Shown here piece by piece: positions 52,125 to 64,000 of a stretch of DNA of 64,000 nt. Location: NCBI RefSeq assembly GCF_009914755.1, contig NC_060936.1. One strand, written 5' to 3'. The DNA comes from the human T2T-CHM13v2.0 reference genome, Homo sapiens. Under the pieces are notes generated by a model. The model had not been told where the DNA came from, ran no database searches, and worked only from the letters and a program-made list of their open reading frames with translations. The position numbers and the translations under genes were made by a program. Each line of letters opens with the position of its first letter. Position 1 is the stretch's first letter.

Positions 52125-53114
52125 AGTACTGGGTTGAATGGTGTCTCCCCAAAATTCATGTCTACCCAGAACCTCAGAATGTTGCCTTATTTGGGAGTAG
52201 AATCTCTGCAGGTGTAATTAAGGGAAAGATGGTGGTAAAATTGTCAGAGGCATTTGAACCAGAGCAACTCCATCTTGAATAGAAGCTGGGTAAAATAAGG
52301 CTGAAACCTACTGGGCTGAATTCCCTGTTAAAGCATTCTAACTCACAGGATGAGATAAGAGGTTGGCACAAGACACAGGTCATAAAAACCTTGCATAAAA
52401 ACAGGCTGCAGTAAAGAAGCCGTCCAAAACCCACTCAAACCAAGATGGCCACCAGAGTGACCCCTGGTTGTCCTCACTGCTGCACTCCTACCAGCGCCAT
52501 GACAGTTTAGGAATGCCATGGCAACTGCAGAACGTTACCCTATATGGTCTAAAAATGGGAGGCATGAATAATCCACCCCTTGTTTAGCGTATCGTCAAGA
52601 AATAACCATAAAAATGGGCAACCAGCATCCCTTGGGGCTGCTCCGTCTATGGAGTAGCCATTCTTTCATTCCTTTGCTTTCCTAATAAACTTGCTTTCAC
52701 TATACTCTACGGATTTACCCTGAATTCTTTCTTGTGCGAGATCCAAGAACCTTCTCTTGGCATCTGGATCAGGACCCCTTTCCTGTAACAAGGTCATACT
52801 GGATTCAGGTGGGCCCTTAAGCCAGTGAGGCTGTTCTGTTAAGACACAGAAAAGGACACACTGACACAGAGGAGAAGACCATGTGAAGACAGATACAGAG
52901 ATGGGAGGGATGCAGCCACAAGCCAAGGAATGCCCCAGGACCAGAAGCTGGAAGAAGCAGGAACCTCATCTTGTAGAGACTTTGGAGGGAGCACAGACCT
53001 GCCCACAGCTTGATTTTGGACTTCTGGCCTCCAGAACTGTAAAAGAGTAAGTGTCTGTGTTTTGGGCCACCAAGCTTGTGGTAATTTGTTATGGCGGCCC
53101 CAGAATACCAATCA
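52125..53114 (+). mobile_element. MLT1B-like LTR split by MER41A
   Basis: gggttgaatggtgtctccccaaaattcatgtctacccagaacctcagaatg | aggtcatactggatt...ggcctccagaactgt. Confidence 0.85.
52242..52790 (+). mobile_element. MER41A solo LTR
   Basis: tgtcagaggcatttgaaccagagcaactccatcttg...cctttcctgtaaca; collinear with 38546-39094. Confidence 0.93.
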
Positions 53115-54089
53115 GGAAACTGAGACAGATCCTAACCAAACAGCAACATCCAGCATCTCATTGCAGTGTCTGCATTTTTCATATAACATTCCAAAATGTT
53201 TTTCTCCATGGGTGACAATGATGAAGAGAATTTTACTTTTTCAGGGAAACTGACGCAGTCCTAAGAGAGGCCTCTTTCATGGTGCCAGCCCTTCTGTAAC
53301 AAGGGAGTAGCCATAGCCCCAGCCCAGCAGAGTCCTCAGCCCTGGAGGAAGGATGGGTTCCGTGGACAGCAGCGACTCTATGTCTGCATGAAGACCCCAG
53401 TCGCTCCCTACTTCTGTTCTCTCCTGATTCCAAAGTGTCCTTTTGTTTGCTTTTAATTTATGACCAAATCTCAAGCAGCCTCACTTCCTTCCAGTGCCCA
53501 AACCAATACATCTTTGTCCAAGTATAATCTCATGACAGTTGTCAGCCAGGTTTTTAATTGTGAGGAAGAGCCGTGCTTCTAAGAATCCATAAGTTTTGTC
53601 CACCCATGTGCCAGGGATTTTCAGGATTTTAAGCCTGTCTGCATTGGTAGAAACATGAAAATGGAAAGCGTAACTTGCTAACAAGGTTTCTGTGATGAAT
53701 TTTATGCAGGAATTTCCCCCTGGGGTTCTGCTTGTTTATTTAGGACAAATACAGCAAAATAGAAAGAAGAAAAGACTCATTGGACCATGGATGCCTTTTC
53801 AAAGCTTATTTTGTGTTTTAAAGAAATGAAATTAGTATCCAACACTTAACCATTGGGGCAATTTACATAAAACTCAGTCAATTCAGCCACACTGTGCTCC
53901 CCATTTGCACTTGGGAACATTAAGCCAGAGTTGAACACTAGCTACCATTTGACCGGGATGGTGCAGGTCTCCATTTGCCACAGTCCCCACCTTTCCTTGC
54001 TGTCTGACACCTGCTCTATTTAAGGCATTCATCTTGGCGAGTGGGGCTCCCTAGATTTAAGTTTGTGGTCTCTAATATAGGGGCTGCTT

Positions 54090-54230
54090 TATTCATAGCT
54101 CATTCAACAAGTATTTATTCAGGGTGTAAGCTGGGCCAAATACTGTGTCAACTGTTGGGGATATACTCAGTGAACAAGACAGGCATGGTCCCTGCTGTCA
54201 AGAGTCTTGCATTTCGGGCAGATAAATAAG
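54090..54230 (-). mobile_element. L2 3' end
   Basis: tcattcaacaagtatttatt...gtgaacaagacaggcatggtccctgc. Confidence 0.75.
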
Positions 54231-54623
54231 GTCCTAGCGTTCTGTCGCTGGAAAGAAATTTAAAATTTTAAATGCCATCTCAAAGATTTTGGACTTGTAG
54301 ATACATTTGCCTGTGTGTTAAGTTTCACTTCTTGGTGGCAGGGTATGAGGTTGAAGTCATATGCCTTAAAGTTGCTTGCCCCATTTTCGTTGTATTTGAG
54401 GTTCTTGCTGCTCTCAGGATTGTTAAACCACCTGCCTAAATTCCCAGCATCTCTGTAACTTCTGATCTCTGAGCAATGCCATATTTGATATCTCAAGATT
54501 ATTAATATCCTAAAAATGACACACAAGCTTTGAACATGTCAGGAATTAACATTCTCACCCAGTTAACACCTCTTAGCCAGCCTTCAGGAACTACAAACTT
54601 AGAATCTTTTTTAGTTGTATAGT

Positions 54624-54733
54624 CAGAAGGTTTGCTAAGAAAATTGACAAGATTTTGAGATGGCTCTCAGAAGTGTCTTAGAAGATGTATCTTAAAATCC
54701 TGAAAACATACAATTTTCTTAGCAAACCTTCTG
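54624..54733. repeat. Perfect 23-bp inverted repeat with a 64-nt partly self-complementary spacer
   Basis: cagaaggtttgctaagaaaattg (54624-54646) is the exact reverse complement of caattttcttagcaaaccttctg (54711-54733). Confidence 0.95.
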
Positions 54734-55267
54734 TTTAAGATGTAAGGAATGGTTTAAAAATTAAGCAATGGTTACTTTTCATTAGGAGAAAATCTTCCAT
54801 GTTTACTAAAGTCAGCATGATCTTCTCAGAACCACTCTGTAAACTGTGCACCCATTATGGAAGAAGAAAGTATTTCTGAAAAGTATTACATTACTGGAGA
54901 TCTTATAATTGAACAAAATTTTTTAACTTCTATGAATTTGCATGCTTCTATTTCAATGAGATCTTCAAAACAAGAATGTGAAATAACCACCATCGTTGCC
55001 TTCAAATAGGTCAATGCTATGCCCTGAACTTAGCGGTAACAGTGGAAATGGGGCCACCTCCATCTAGTTCCTATAGAATTTTCACCTTGGTCAGAAGGTG
55101 AGGTTTTCTCTTCACTTCCCCAAACATCCAAAGGCACCGAAACTCATCACCTCTGTCCATGGTGCTTGTCTGCCTCTGAGACAAATGGGTGCAGAGAAAT
55201 CAAGAGGTGATAGGGCTGTGGGGACCCTGGGTCTCCACACAAGTTCAACTCAGGATTTACTGACATT

Positions 55268-56366
55268 ACATGCAACTCAGCACTCACTCACTCCACATAC
55301 AACTCAGCACTCACTCACTCCACATACACCTCATCATTCACTCACTCCACATACAACTCAGCAGCCACTCCACATACAACTCAGCACTCACCCATGTCAC
55401 ATACAACTCAGCACTCACTCACTCCACATACACCTCATCATTCACTCACTCCACATACAACTCAGCAGTCACTCCACATACAACTCAACACTCACTCCAC
55501 ATACAACTCAGCACTCACCCATGTCACATACAACTCAGCACTCACCCATGTCACATACAACTCAGCACTCACTCACTCCACATACACCTCATCATTCACT
55601 CACTCCACATACAACTCAGCACTCACTCACATCACATACAACTCAGCACTCACTCACTCCACATGCAACTCAGCACTCACTCACTCCACATGCAACTCAG
55701 CACTCACTCACATCACATACAACTCAGCACTCACTCACTCCACATACACCTCATCATTCACTCACTCCACATACAACTCAGCAGTCACTCACTCCACATA
55801 CAACTCAACACTCACTCCACATACAACTCAGCACTCACCCATGTCACATACAACTCAGCACTCACTCACTCCACATACAACTCAGCACTCACTCTCCACA
55901 TACAACTCAGCACTCACTCACATCACATACAACTCAGCACTCACTCACTCCACATGCAACTCAGCACTCACTCACTCCACATGCAACTCAGCACTCACTC
56001 ACTCCACATACAACTCAGCACTCACTCACTCCACATACAACTCAGCACTCACTCTCCACATACAACTCAGCACTCACTCACTCCACATACAACTCAGCAC
56101 TCACTCTCCACATACAACTCAGCACTCACTCACATCACATACAACTCAGCACTCACTCACTCCACATGCAACTCAGCACTCACTCACTCCACATGCAACT
56201 CAGCACTCACTCACTCCACATACAACTCAGCACTCACTCACTCCACATACAACTCAGCACTCACTCTCCACATACAACTCAGCACTCACTCACATCACAT
56301 ACAACTCAGCACTCACTCACTCCACATGCAACTCAGCACTCACTCACATCACATACAACTCAGCAT
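55268..56366. repeat. 27-bp minisatellite/VNTR (caactcagcactcactcactccacata), about 40 copies with discrete variants
   Basis: Highly homogeneous 27-, 25- and 23-bp unit variants. Confidence 0.97.
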
Positions 56367-57154
56367 TCAAAGCTCCAGAGCCATTGACTTTTGGCTCCAT
56401 GTAGGTCACTTGCTCACCTGTGACTCTGAGGCATAGAGAGTGGAAGTGCTTCCCTCATTGGCTCCCATGGAGGAGTCATTCAAACGGGACCAGAACTGGG
56501 CATCTCTTGTGCTTGCACATCAAGACCACACAGTGAGGGAGAGGCCATTGCCCATAAGGAAAGGAGGCCCATGAAGGAGGAGGATGGACCCTGGTGGCCA
56601 AGTCTGACCCACACATGCCCAGGGTGACACTGAGTATATTCACAGAGAGAGGTCTGGGGGCTCACAGAGAAGCTGAAAGGAATTACCTGCTGGTGGCAGG
56701 AAAGAGGAAAGGGGGAGCTTACTGCTTTCTTCTTTGTATTTTTCTATAGAACTTGATTTTCTTCATAATTAATACGTAAGATATATATTTTTTAATCAAC
56801 TAAATTTACTACCATGAGAAAAAGGAGGCAGAGTGAGGCCAAGGCAGAGCTCCGTGGATGAGCAGCCTCCACCCCATAGCCAGGCCCAGGTGGACGCCCG
56901 GAACCCACACAGGGTTATTTCCTGATCCCCGCCCTACCCAGTTCCTTTTTTGCACTCTGCATCTTCTTCCAGGTAACTGGCCTGCACCTGTGAGAGCTAA
57001 CCCCAGTGCTGGTGGACCTTGCCTATGAGGCCCAGCCAACTCGCTCTCTGGCAAACACAGTCCAAGGCCCCCTGAGCCACCATCCTCCTGTCTTCCCAGC
57101 TCTCGGCATCCCAGCCTGTACATTCTGGGGGCACGGACGACACCAGCTGCATGT

Positions 57155-57745
57155 GTCAGATAATCTTTGCGTTCTGCCCCACATCCCTGGGTATCCCTTT
57201 TCCCTAGCGCTTTGACCACTCACTGCATTCCACCTGGGTGACCAGCTCAGTGTAGGCTCTGCTGGCTTCTCCTGGGTGGAACCTCTGGCTGTGCCATGTG
57301 GGCATGACCTGGCACATCTTTCAGAAGGGTCATCAGGGGTGTCCCCTGACACCTGCACCAGGGCACCCCTGTTGGCCTGAGGTTCAAGACACTGCAGGAG
57401 TTAAGACTGCTTAACACTCACATATGCACATTGGGAAGTTCCAGGGGTAACACACAAGGGGTGAACCTTTGATGAGTGGGAGGTGGGGACCGGGGTAAAT
57501 TCTTCTTCCTTTCCCCTTCACCATGGACCCTCTGAGACTCTCTCCTTCCCACAACCTCTCGGAAGCTAGATTTAGAAGGCGGAGTCATCAGTCCAGATGG
57601 TGCAACACCTGCCAGTTCAGCAAAGACTCTCTTCCTCCCTGCCCCAGGCTCCTGCCTCCCTGGGTTTGTACTGCCTGAATAAGGCAAGCCTGCTGAAACA
57701 CTGGTGGTTGTGCCACTCATTTGTTTTCATTTGTGGGCCTGTGAT
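57155..57745 (+). mobile_element. LTR16-family ERVL LTR
   Basis: ggggtaacacacaaggggtgaacctttgatgagtgggag...taaattcttc...cctgcctccctggg. Confidence 0.55.
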
Positions 57746-57836
57746 TCAGCCAATTAGTCTAGTCAGACTTTGGGAGGAGTCTGCTGGGGAGGTGCCTTCC
57801 ATCTCAGATAAAACTCCAAACTGCGTAGGAAGAAAG

Positions 57837-58670
57837 TGTGTTCATTTTCTATTGTTGCCATAACAAACACCATAAGCATGGCTCCTTCAAACAGCAGCCA
57901 CTTGTCAGCTCCTAGTTCTGAAGGTCACAAGTCCAGGCAGGCTTAACTAGGTTTCCTGCTGAGAGTGTCACAAGGCTGACATCCAGGTGCCAGCTAGGCT
58001 GGACTCCTATCTGGAGGCCATGGGAAAGAATCCGCTTCCAGGATCACTCAGAGGGTTGGTAAATCCGGTTCAGTTCTGTGGGGCTGGAGGCCCGAGGTCC
58101 CTCTCTCCTTGCTGGCTATGTCACCCAGGCCACCCACTCTCAGAGATCCCTCTCTCCTTGCTGGCTGTCACCCAAGCCTCTCACTCTCAGCTCCTGGAGA
58201 CCACCTGCACTCCTTGCACGAGTGCCTCCATCGTCAAGGTCAGCAAGGAATCAGTCCACTCTTTCTTGTGCTTCAAACCTCTTCTGCTGCCAGAGAAGGT
58301 GCTCTGCTTCGAAAGGGCTCTCGTGATTAGACTAGGTGCACTCAGATAATCTCCCTTATGATGAACACAGTCAACTGATTAGTAACCTTAATGACATCTG
58401 CAACATTTCTCAGGCTCAGTGGTGCATGCTTATAGTCCCAGCCACTCTGGAGGCTGAAGGAAGATGGCTTGAGCCTCGGAGGCAGAGGTTACAGTGACCT
58501 GAGATTGCGCCACTGCACCCCAGCCTGGGTGATAGAGCCGGACCTTGTCTCAAAAAAAAAATCATTTACCAGGGAGCATAATATAATCACAGGCAGGTAT
58601 CTCATCCTATAGACAATATCTAAAATAAGGATAGGAAAACTTGGGAGGCTGTCTTAGAACTCTGCCTACC
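57837..58670 (-). mobile_element. MLT1E-type LTR with an internal duplication of about 49 bp (58094-58189) and a nested Alu monomer
   Basis: ttctattgttgccataacaa...aagaatccgcttcca...gtcaactgattagtaaccttaat...ttagaactctgcctacc. Confidence 0.8.
58410..58561 (+). mobile_element. Alu right monomer (FRAM/AluJ-like)
   Basis: ggtgcatgcttatagtcccagc...ccagcctgggtgatagag...gtctcaaaaaaaaa. Confidence 0.85.
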
Positions 58671-58689
58671 TTTTTTGTCTCATTCTGCA

Positions 58690-58965
58690 TGTTGTTTTTT
58701 GCACCTCCTTCTTCCTTCTGCCTGGAGCATAGACAATGATACCTGGAGGCACAGCTCCCATTGTGCAACCATCAGACAGCCAGGTGCCAATGATGGGGGC
58801 AGAAACATAGAATTGAGGTCAATGGGATAAAATTGAACCACTTCACAAAGTCTGCAATTTCTATCTCTTGCCTTCTTATAATATGCTTCAAATAAACTCT
58901 GATTTGCTTAAGCTACAGGTAGTGAAGTGTTTTGTTAATCTCCCAGGCACAATCCTTTCTGATAA
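58690..58965 (+). mobile_element. MLT1J-like LTR fragment
   Basis: ttccttctgcctgga...ctggaggcacagc...aaataaactct...ttaagcta. Confidence 0.5.
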
Positions 58966-60334
58966 GCCAGCCTGGCTCTTTTGACTTTCCCTAGGTGATT
59001 TAATCTACCCCAAGCTCACACAGATTTTCTTGACCAAGGATGGAGTAGGTGGTGGGAGCAGCTTCCAGACCTGTGTGTCTTTTGTGTCTCCTGACTGCTG
59101 TTCTCAGTGATGGCGCACATGGTCAGGGGAAACTCCTTCCCCAGGGCTCCAGTGTCAGCCCACATCCTCTTGTCTCCTCTGCTCTCCCATGGCACATCTG
59201 CATTCAAAACACTGATTCACACAACAAATTGCATCATCTTGCTCTATCCATTTGCCCACACAGAGCTTATTGAGGTCAGACAGGTGATGTAATTCTCTCA
59301 TGCTCCCAGGCCATCTGAGTAAAAAGGAGTTTAATCTGATTTTTATTTCATAAAGTAGCCTCACACAAATGGACCCAACAAGAAATTCCTTTTTCACTGG
59401 AGTGTGGACTTTCGACATTGGTTTTGTTCGTGTCATAAAATAAGAACCTTGGTCTTTAGACAGAGCCCACATCTTTATCCCGCTGGAGGCTTTGCTTCAT
59501 CCCACAGTATTGGGGAAAATAGCCTCAAAGCAGTCGGAGTCTTGGAGTTCCTCCTTTACCTATGAGAACAGAAGCCACCTAATGTTCTATAGCCCCAAAG
59601 CCAGATCCAAAGGGATGGGTCCCTGGAGCAGAATATGTGATGAATGAGAGTTCTTGGTGGACTGGCATGATTTCACTGTGTTCTTGTCTCGATCTGTGGC
59701 CAGGTGTTTTGATCACTGTTAATGTAAATTGAGAAAATAAGATAGATTGACCATGAGATGCAGAAAGGCTAAGACCACACCTACAATGACTTGAAGGCTG
59801 ACATCAAAGCACCAACTTTGAAAACAAAAGGCAATGGAACCCTTGTCCAAAGCCACAGATAAAGTATCTTTTATTTCCCTGATGGAATCAATGGAGCCAT
59901 GAGTGAATCTCTGTGGCTTAGGATGTGTGTTGTCTGGCGATGTTAATCAGACAGTTGAATGACCTAATTCAATTTGGTGCTGATAAGAAGCTTTAAGATG
60001 CAGGCAGACCTCCGAGAAAGCAGTAAGTCTGTGTGGAGCAGGCTGCCGACGTCTGCTTTCCAGGTGGCCGACTTTTGGCCTGGGCCGACCCAGTCAGCTT
60101 GATGCAGAATAAGAGCTTGCCACAGCTATCAGGAGCCCAGCCAGATGTAGAAACCTCTGCTGGTTTAATTTTCTGTTCACTTTGAGCATCTTGGTTTTAT
60201 GGTGCCATCTAAATGCGGAAAAACAGAACAAATGTGGTGAAATCTGAAAATGTCTGCTGCGTGTAAAACTTCCTTCTATGAAGGTCTTGGAAAATAGTAA
60301 TTCCTCTCTCTCTCTCCCTGAGAGACAGAAATAG

Positions 60335-60550
60335 CAAAATCACAGCATTGGAATTAGGGCAGATGAGGATTCAAAGTCCTGCTCTGTCACTGCTCAGCTA
60401 TGTGATTCTGAGCAAGTGGCTAAACCTCTCTGAGCCTTGGTTTTATCATCTGTGCAGCAGGACACGCGATCGTACCTGGCTGGGCTACTGTGCTGGACTG
60501 TGAGATGTTTTGTTTAAAGGGCCCAGCATGTATGAGCTGCTCAGTTTTTG
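60335..60550 (+). mobile_element. MIR
   Basis: ctctgtcactgctcagctatgtgattctgagcaagtggctaaacctctctgagcctt...tcatctgt. Confidence 0.75.
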
Positions 60551-60975
60551 CCTCTCAGCTCCCTGCTGGGAAAGCCTAGTTCTCTAATCCCTGAAGCCCA
60601 AACAAACCAAACCACAGAAAATTAAAATTTCAGAGATCACAAAGTTCTTGAGATTGTCCCAGGCGATGCTGTTACTGACAGATGTAATTAAAGGAAAGCT
60701 AAAAAGGTCAAGTGGCGAGCTCAGTGTCCCAGCAGGTCAGTGGTACAGCAAGGGACAGCCTGCAGGAGGAAACAGCCCTGGGTCTTTTTGAGGGCTCCGA
60801 ACTTCTACAGTCCTAGAAAACACAACTGGCATGGCTTTCGTGATCCTGGAATTTATTATCTCATTCGTAAAAGGGCATCCGAGCTAGGGCTGAGTAATTT
60901 ATGCGAGTGAGTGACTTCTCCAAGGACCAGGTTTTTGCCCTCTTTGGGCTCTGCCGAAAAAGAGATGGATGCTAG

Positions 60976-62363
60976 TGAGAGGTGACAACGTGCTAGCAGC
61001 CCTCGCTCGCTCTCGGCCCCTCCTCAGGCCATGGCATCCACTCTGGCTGTGCTCGAGGAAGCCTTCAGCCTGCGGCTGCACTGTGGGAGCCCCTCTCTGG
61101 GCTGGCCGAGGCTGGAGCCAGCTCCCTCTGCTTGTGGGGAGGTGTGGAGGGAGAGGTGCAGGCAGGAACTGGGGCTGCCACGCCGGCAGGCCAGCGTGAG
61201 TTCCAGGTGGGCACGGGCTCAGTGGGACCCACACGCTTGGAGTGGCCGGCCAGCGCTGCCCTGGGGCAGTGAGGGGCTTAGCACCCGGGCCAGCAGCTGC
61301 GGAGGGGGCGCCTTGTCCCCCAGCACTGCCGGCCTGCCAGTGCCACACTTGAATTCTCGCCAGGCCTCAGCCGCCTCCCCGCAGGGCAGGGCTGGGGACC
61401 TGCAGCCTGCCGTGCCTGAGCCTCCCCCACCCCCGACCCCCGTGGGCTCCGGCGTGGCCCGAGCCTCCCTGATGGGTGCCGCCCCCTGCTCCTTGGCGCC
61501 TGGTCCCATAGACTGCCCGAGGGCAAGGAGAGCAGGTGCACGGTGCGGGACTGGTGGGCAGATCCGCCTGCGGCCCTCGCACGGGATCCACTAGGCGAAG
61601 CCAGCTGGGTTCCTACGTAGGGTGGGGACTTGGAGAAATTTTATGTCTAGGCAGAGGTTTGTATATGCACCTATCAGCACTCTGTGTCTAGCTCAAGGTT
61701 TGTAAACACACCAATCAGCACTCTGTGTCTAGCTCAAGGTTTGTAAACACACCAATCAGCACCCTGTGTCTAGGTCAAGGTTTGTAAACTCACCAATCAG
61801 TGCTCGGTGTCTAGTTATTCTGGTGAGGACTTGGAGAACTTTTATGTCTAGCTAAAGGATTGTAAATACACCAATCAGCACTCTGCATCTAGCTCAGGGA
61901 TTGTAAACGCACCAGTCAGCACCGTGTCAAAACGGACCAATCAGCTCTCTGTAAAATGGACCAATCAGCTCTCTGTAAAATGGGCCAATCAGCAGGATGT
62001 GGGTGGGGCCAGATAAGGGACTAAAAGCAGGCTGCCAGCACCAACAGCAACAACCCGTTGACATTTTCTTCCACACCTTGGGAGCTTTGTTCTTCAGGTC
62101 TTTGCAATAAATCTTACTGCTGCTCATTGTTTGGGTCCCTACTGCTTTTATGAGCTGTGACACTCATCCCGAAGGTCTGCAGCTTCACTCCCGAAGTCAG
62201 CGAGATCACGAAACCAGCAGAAAGAAGAAACTCCGAACTCATCCGAACATCAGAACGAGCAAACTCCGGACACACCATCTTTAAGAACTGTTAACACTCA
62301 CGGCAAGGGTCCGCGGCTTCATTCTTGGTCAGTGAGACCAAGAACCCACCAATTGTGGACACA
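60976..62363 (+). mobile_element. LTR12-family (ERV9; LTR12E/D-like) solo LTR
   Basis: tgagaggtgacaacgtgctagcagccctcgctcg start, GC-rich U3, 41-bp CCAAT tandem repeats, AATAAA at 62106, ends ggacaca; TSD ctag/ctat. Confidence 0.96.
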
Positions 62364-64000
62364 CTATCTTTGTCCTCGGGCAAGCCCTCTTATAGTGACA
62401 AGTTCGAGGTGCTAACTTTCACTCATGGCTATGCCCTTAAGAAGATTCATCCAGGAATCATTACACAAACACAGCACAAGAGTTTTCATGCTTCAAACAT
62501 GAAGGGAGTTGTGAGTGGTTAGGAATGAACTACATGCAGTGAAAGATCCCAGAAGAAAGGGTCATTTGAATGATGCAACCTAAACCTAACCCTGGCTAGA
62601 GCCTATCATAGAACCTCAGAACACTGTTTTCATAAGCACTTATTGACAGCTAGATGATCCAGGATTTGGGAAAGGGTGACAAAAAAAAAAAAAATCAGAG
62701 TCTCTAAGTCAAAGTCAGTTTAAAGTATGAAACAAGCACAGGAGCCAAAATGAGAAGGATCTACTTCCATCCATCGAGGGAGAGGTGATGCATGGGTTGT
62801 GAGGGCCACCAGCGTTTCCACCCTTTAAAGACCATACGGTATCACGCATACAAAGACTGAACAGTTCATCCTCATGACGGGTGAACATTTGTAGTTGTAA
62901 AAAAAAAAAAATTAAAAAGCTTTTCTTGTGAAAAAGCTTCATAAAAGGCTCCATTTCATCTCAAGTGCCACCTTTTGCCCTTAGCACTTTTCATGAAGCC
63001 TCATGCCTGCAAGGGAGGGGCAGTCATGAAGAAAGGATGGTGGGTGCCCGGTGTGAGCTGGGGTTAGCTGGGGGAATCTGATTTGAAGTAACACAGTTCT
63101 TCTCTGAGCTGCTTTCCCTGCACAGTTGTAATTTAAATAAGTGGTTTCAGAAGCTGGAAGATAGCTTGTTGCTCTTTTTCTAATGAAATACTGGAAAGTG
63201 GATAATTACTGGGAGGAGCCGACTGCAGGCAGCACCCATCAGGGGACGCTTCGTACCCCAAGACGAAGGTAAGGGCAGATGCTGCCTCACCTGGGTGTTT
63301 GGAGTGGACTTCACCTCCCCCAGCCCTGTCTCCCTCCCACTGACTTGGGCTGGTGCAGCTGTGAAACTGACATTTGCTTTTCTTTAAACGCCCACTTCCT
63401 CTTCCTTTGCATGATCCTAAGAAGTCCTGTTGATCCGTAGCCGCTGGGGCCATTTCTTTCTCCGTGGAAAGGTCTAATAAACTATTTCCTATTGAGGTGT
63501 TAAATATTCAGTTCGTCACTTTCAACAGCATTTATTAGTGGAGCAAAATGAAACTCCAGTTAGATAATTCTGAAGTGGTGGATTAGTATTTCAGTTGGCA
63601 TCTCAAATGTCAGAACGGGAGGCATGTGCTGTTGGTTTGTATCCGAGTCTGTGCCCTTGCGGGAAACAAGTTTCTCTCAACAAAAGCACCGGTGGCATTT
63701 GGGCAGGACAGAGTTCACCGTGTGGGACGATGAGGCGGTTTCCTATTCCTGGCCTGTGCCATTGGAACAACTAAAAGTGTCTGTGATTTCCAAATGCCTC
63801 CCTAGGGACACAGAAACACCCAAATAGAAAGTATGTAGAATGCACTAGCCTATTCCTGACCCCCAGCGGGCAGGACTGAACCACAGAGACTTTGCCCAGC
63901 CCTTCCTCTCTCTTCTTGTTGGAAATGCAGCCTTCTGCTTTTGGGATGCCATTCTTCACACTCTGCCCCATCTCTCTTTTGGGACGAACATATAGACACG

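Noticed and set aside
38546-52790. Two MER41A LTRs as the ends of one provirus
   Set aside because: The first has its own caac TSD on both sides, and the intervening DNA has older repeats and no gag/pol sequence.
55268-56366. CRISPR-like regular repeat
   Set aside because: Head-to-tail tandem units with no unique spacers, no cas genes, and human DNA.
55098-56436. ORFs of 429, 388 and 336 aa
   Set aside because: All three frames are open only because the C/A-rich 27-bp repeat lacks stop codons; the products are repetitive and there is no gene context.
60899-61594. 149-187 aa GC-rich ORFs and an apparent CpG island
   Set aside because: Explained by the GC-rich U3 of LTR12.

Overview
Human non-coding genomic DNA. 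An AluYb8 at 37814-38152 points to human rather than another primate. I cannot name the locus from sequence alone. No protein-coding gene, RNA gene or processed pseudogene is supported: the long ORFs in the track are read-throughs of low-complexity CA/TG arrays or pieces of Alu, LTR and L1. The window is very rich in solo LTRs (about 30: THE1/MST/MLT1 MaLR, LTR33, LTR16, MER21, MLT2A, MER41A, MER57, MER34/39-like, LTR12). It also has about 11 Alu pieces, old L1/L2/MIR fragments, small DNA-transposon relics and five long CA/TG-rich minisatellite arrays. Candidate regulatory elements are a CpG-retaining block at 4.6-5.9 kb (CTCF-type motif, a 37-bp duplication multiplying CCAAT boxes, a GTCACGTGAT E-box) and an LTR12 promoter at 61-62.4 kb with a possible downstream exon. 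The most unusual signal is five short local copies (50-320 bp) whose apparent donor lies 0.4-2 kb to the right; several are pasted inside another repeat. This looks like recurrent ancient templated-insertion repair. There is also a perfect 23-bp inverted repeat (54624-54733) and a five-element nested TE stack in which every target-site duplication is still readable (35391-37349). Repeat subfamily names come from my recollection of consensus sequences and need RepeatMasker/Dfam confirmation.
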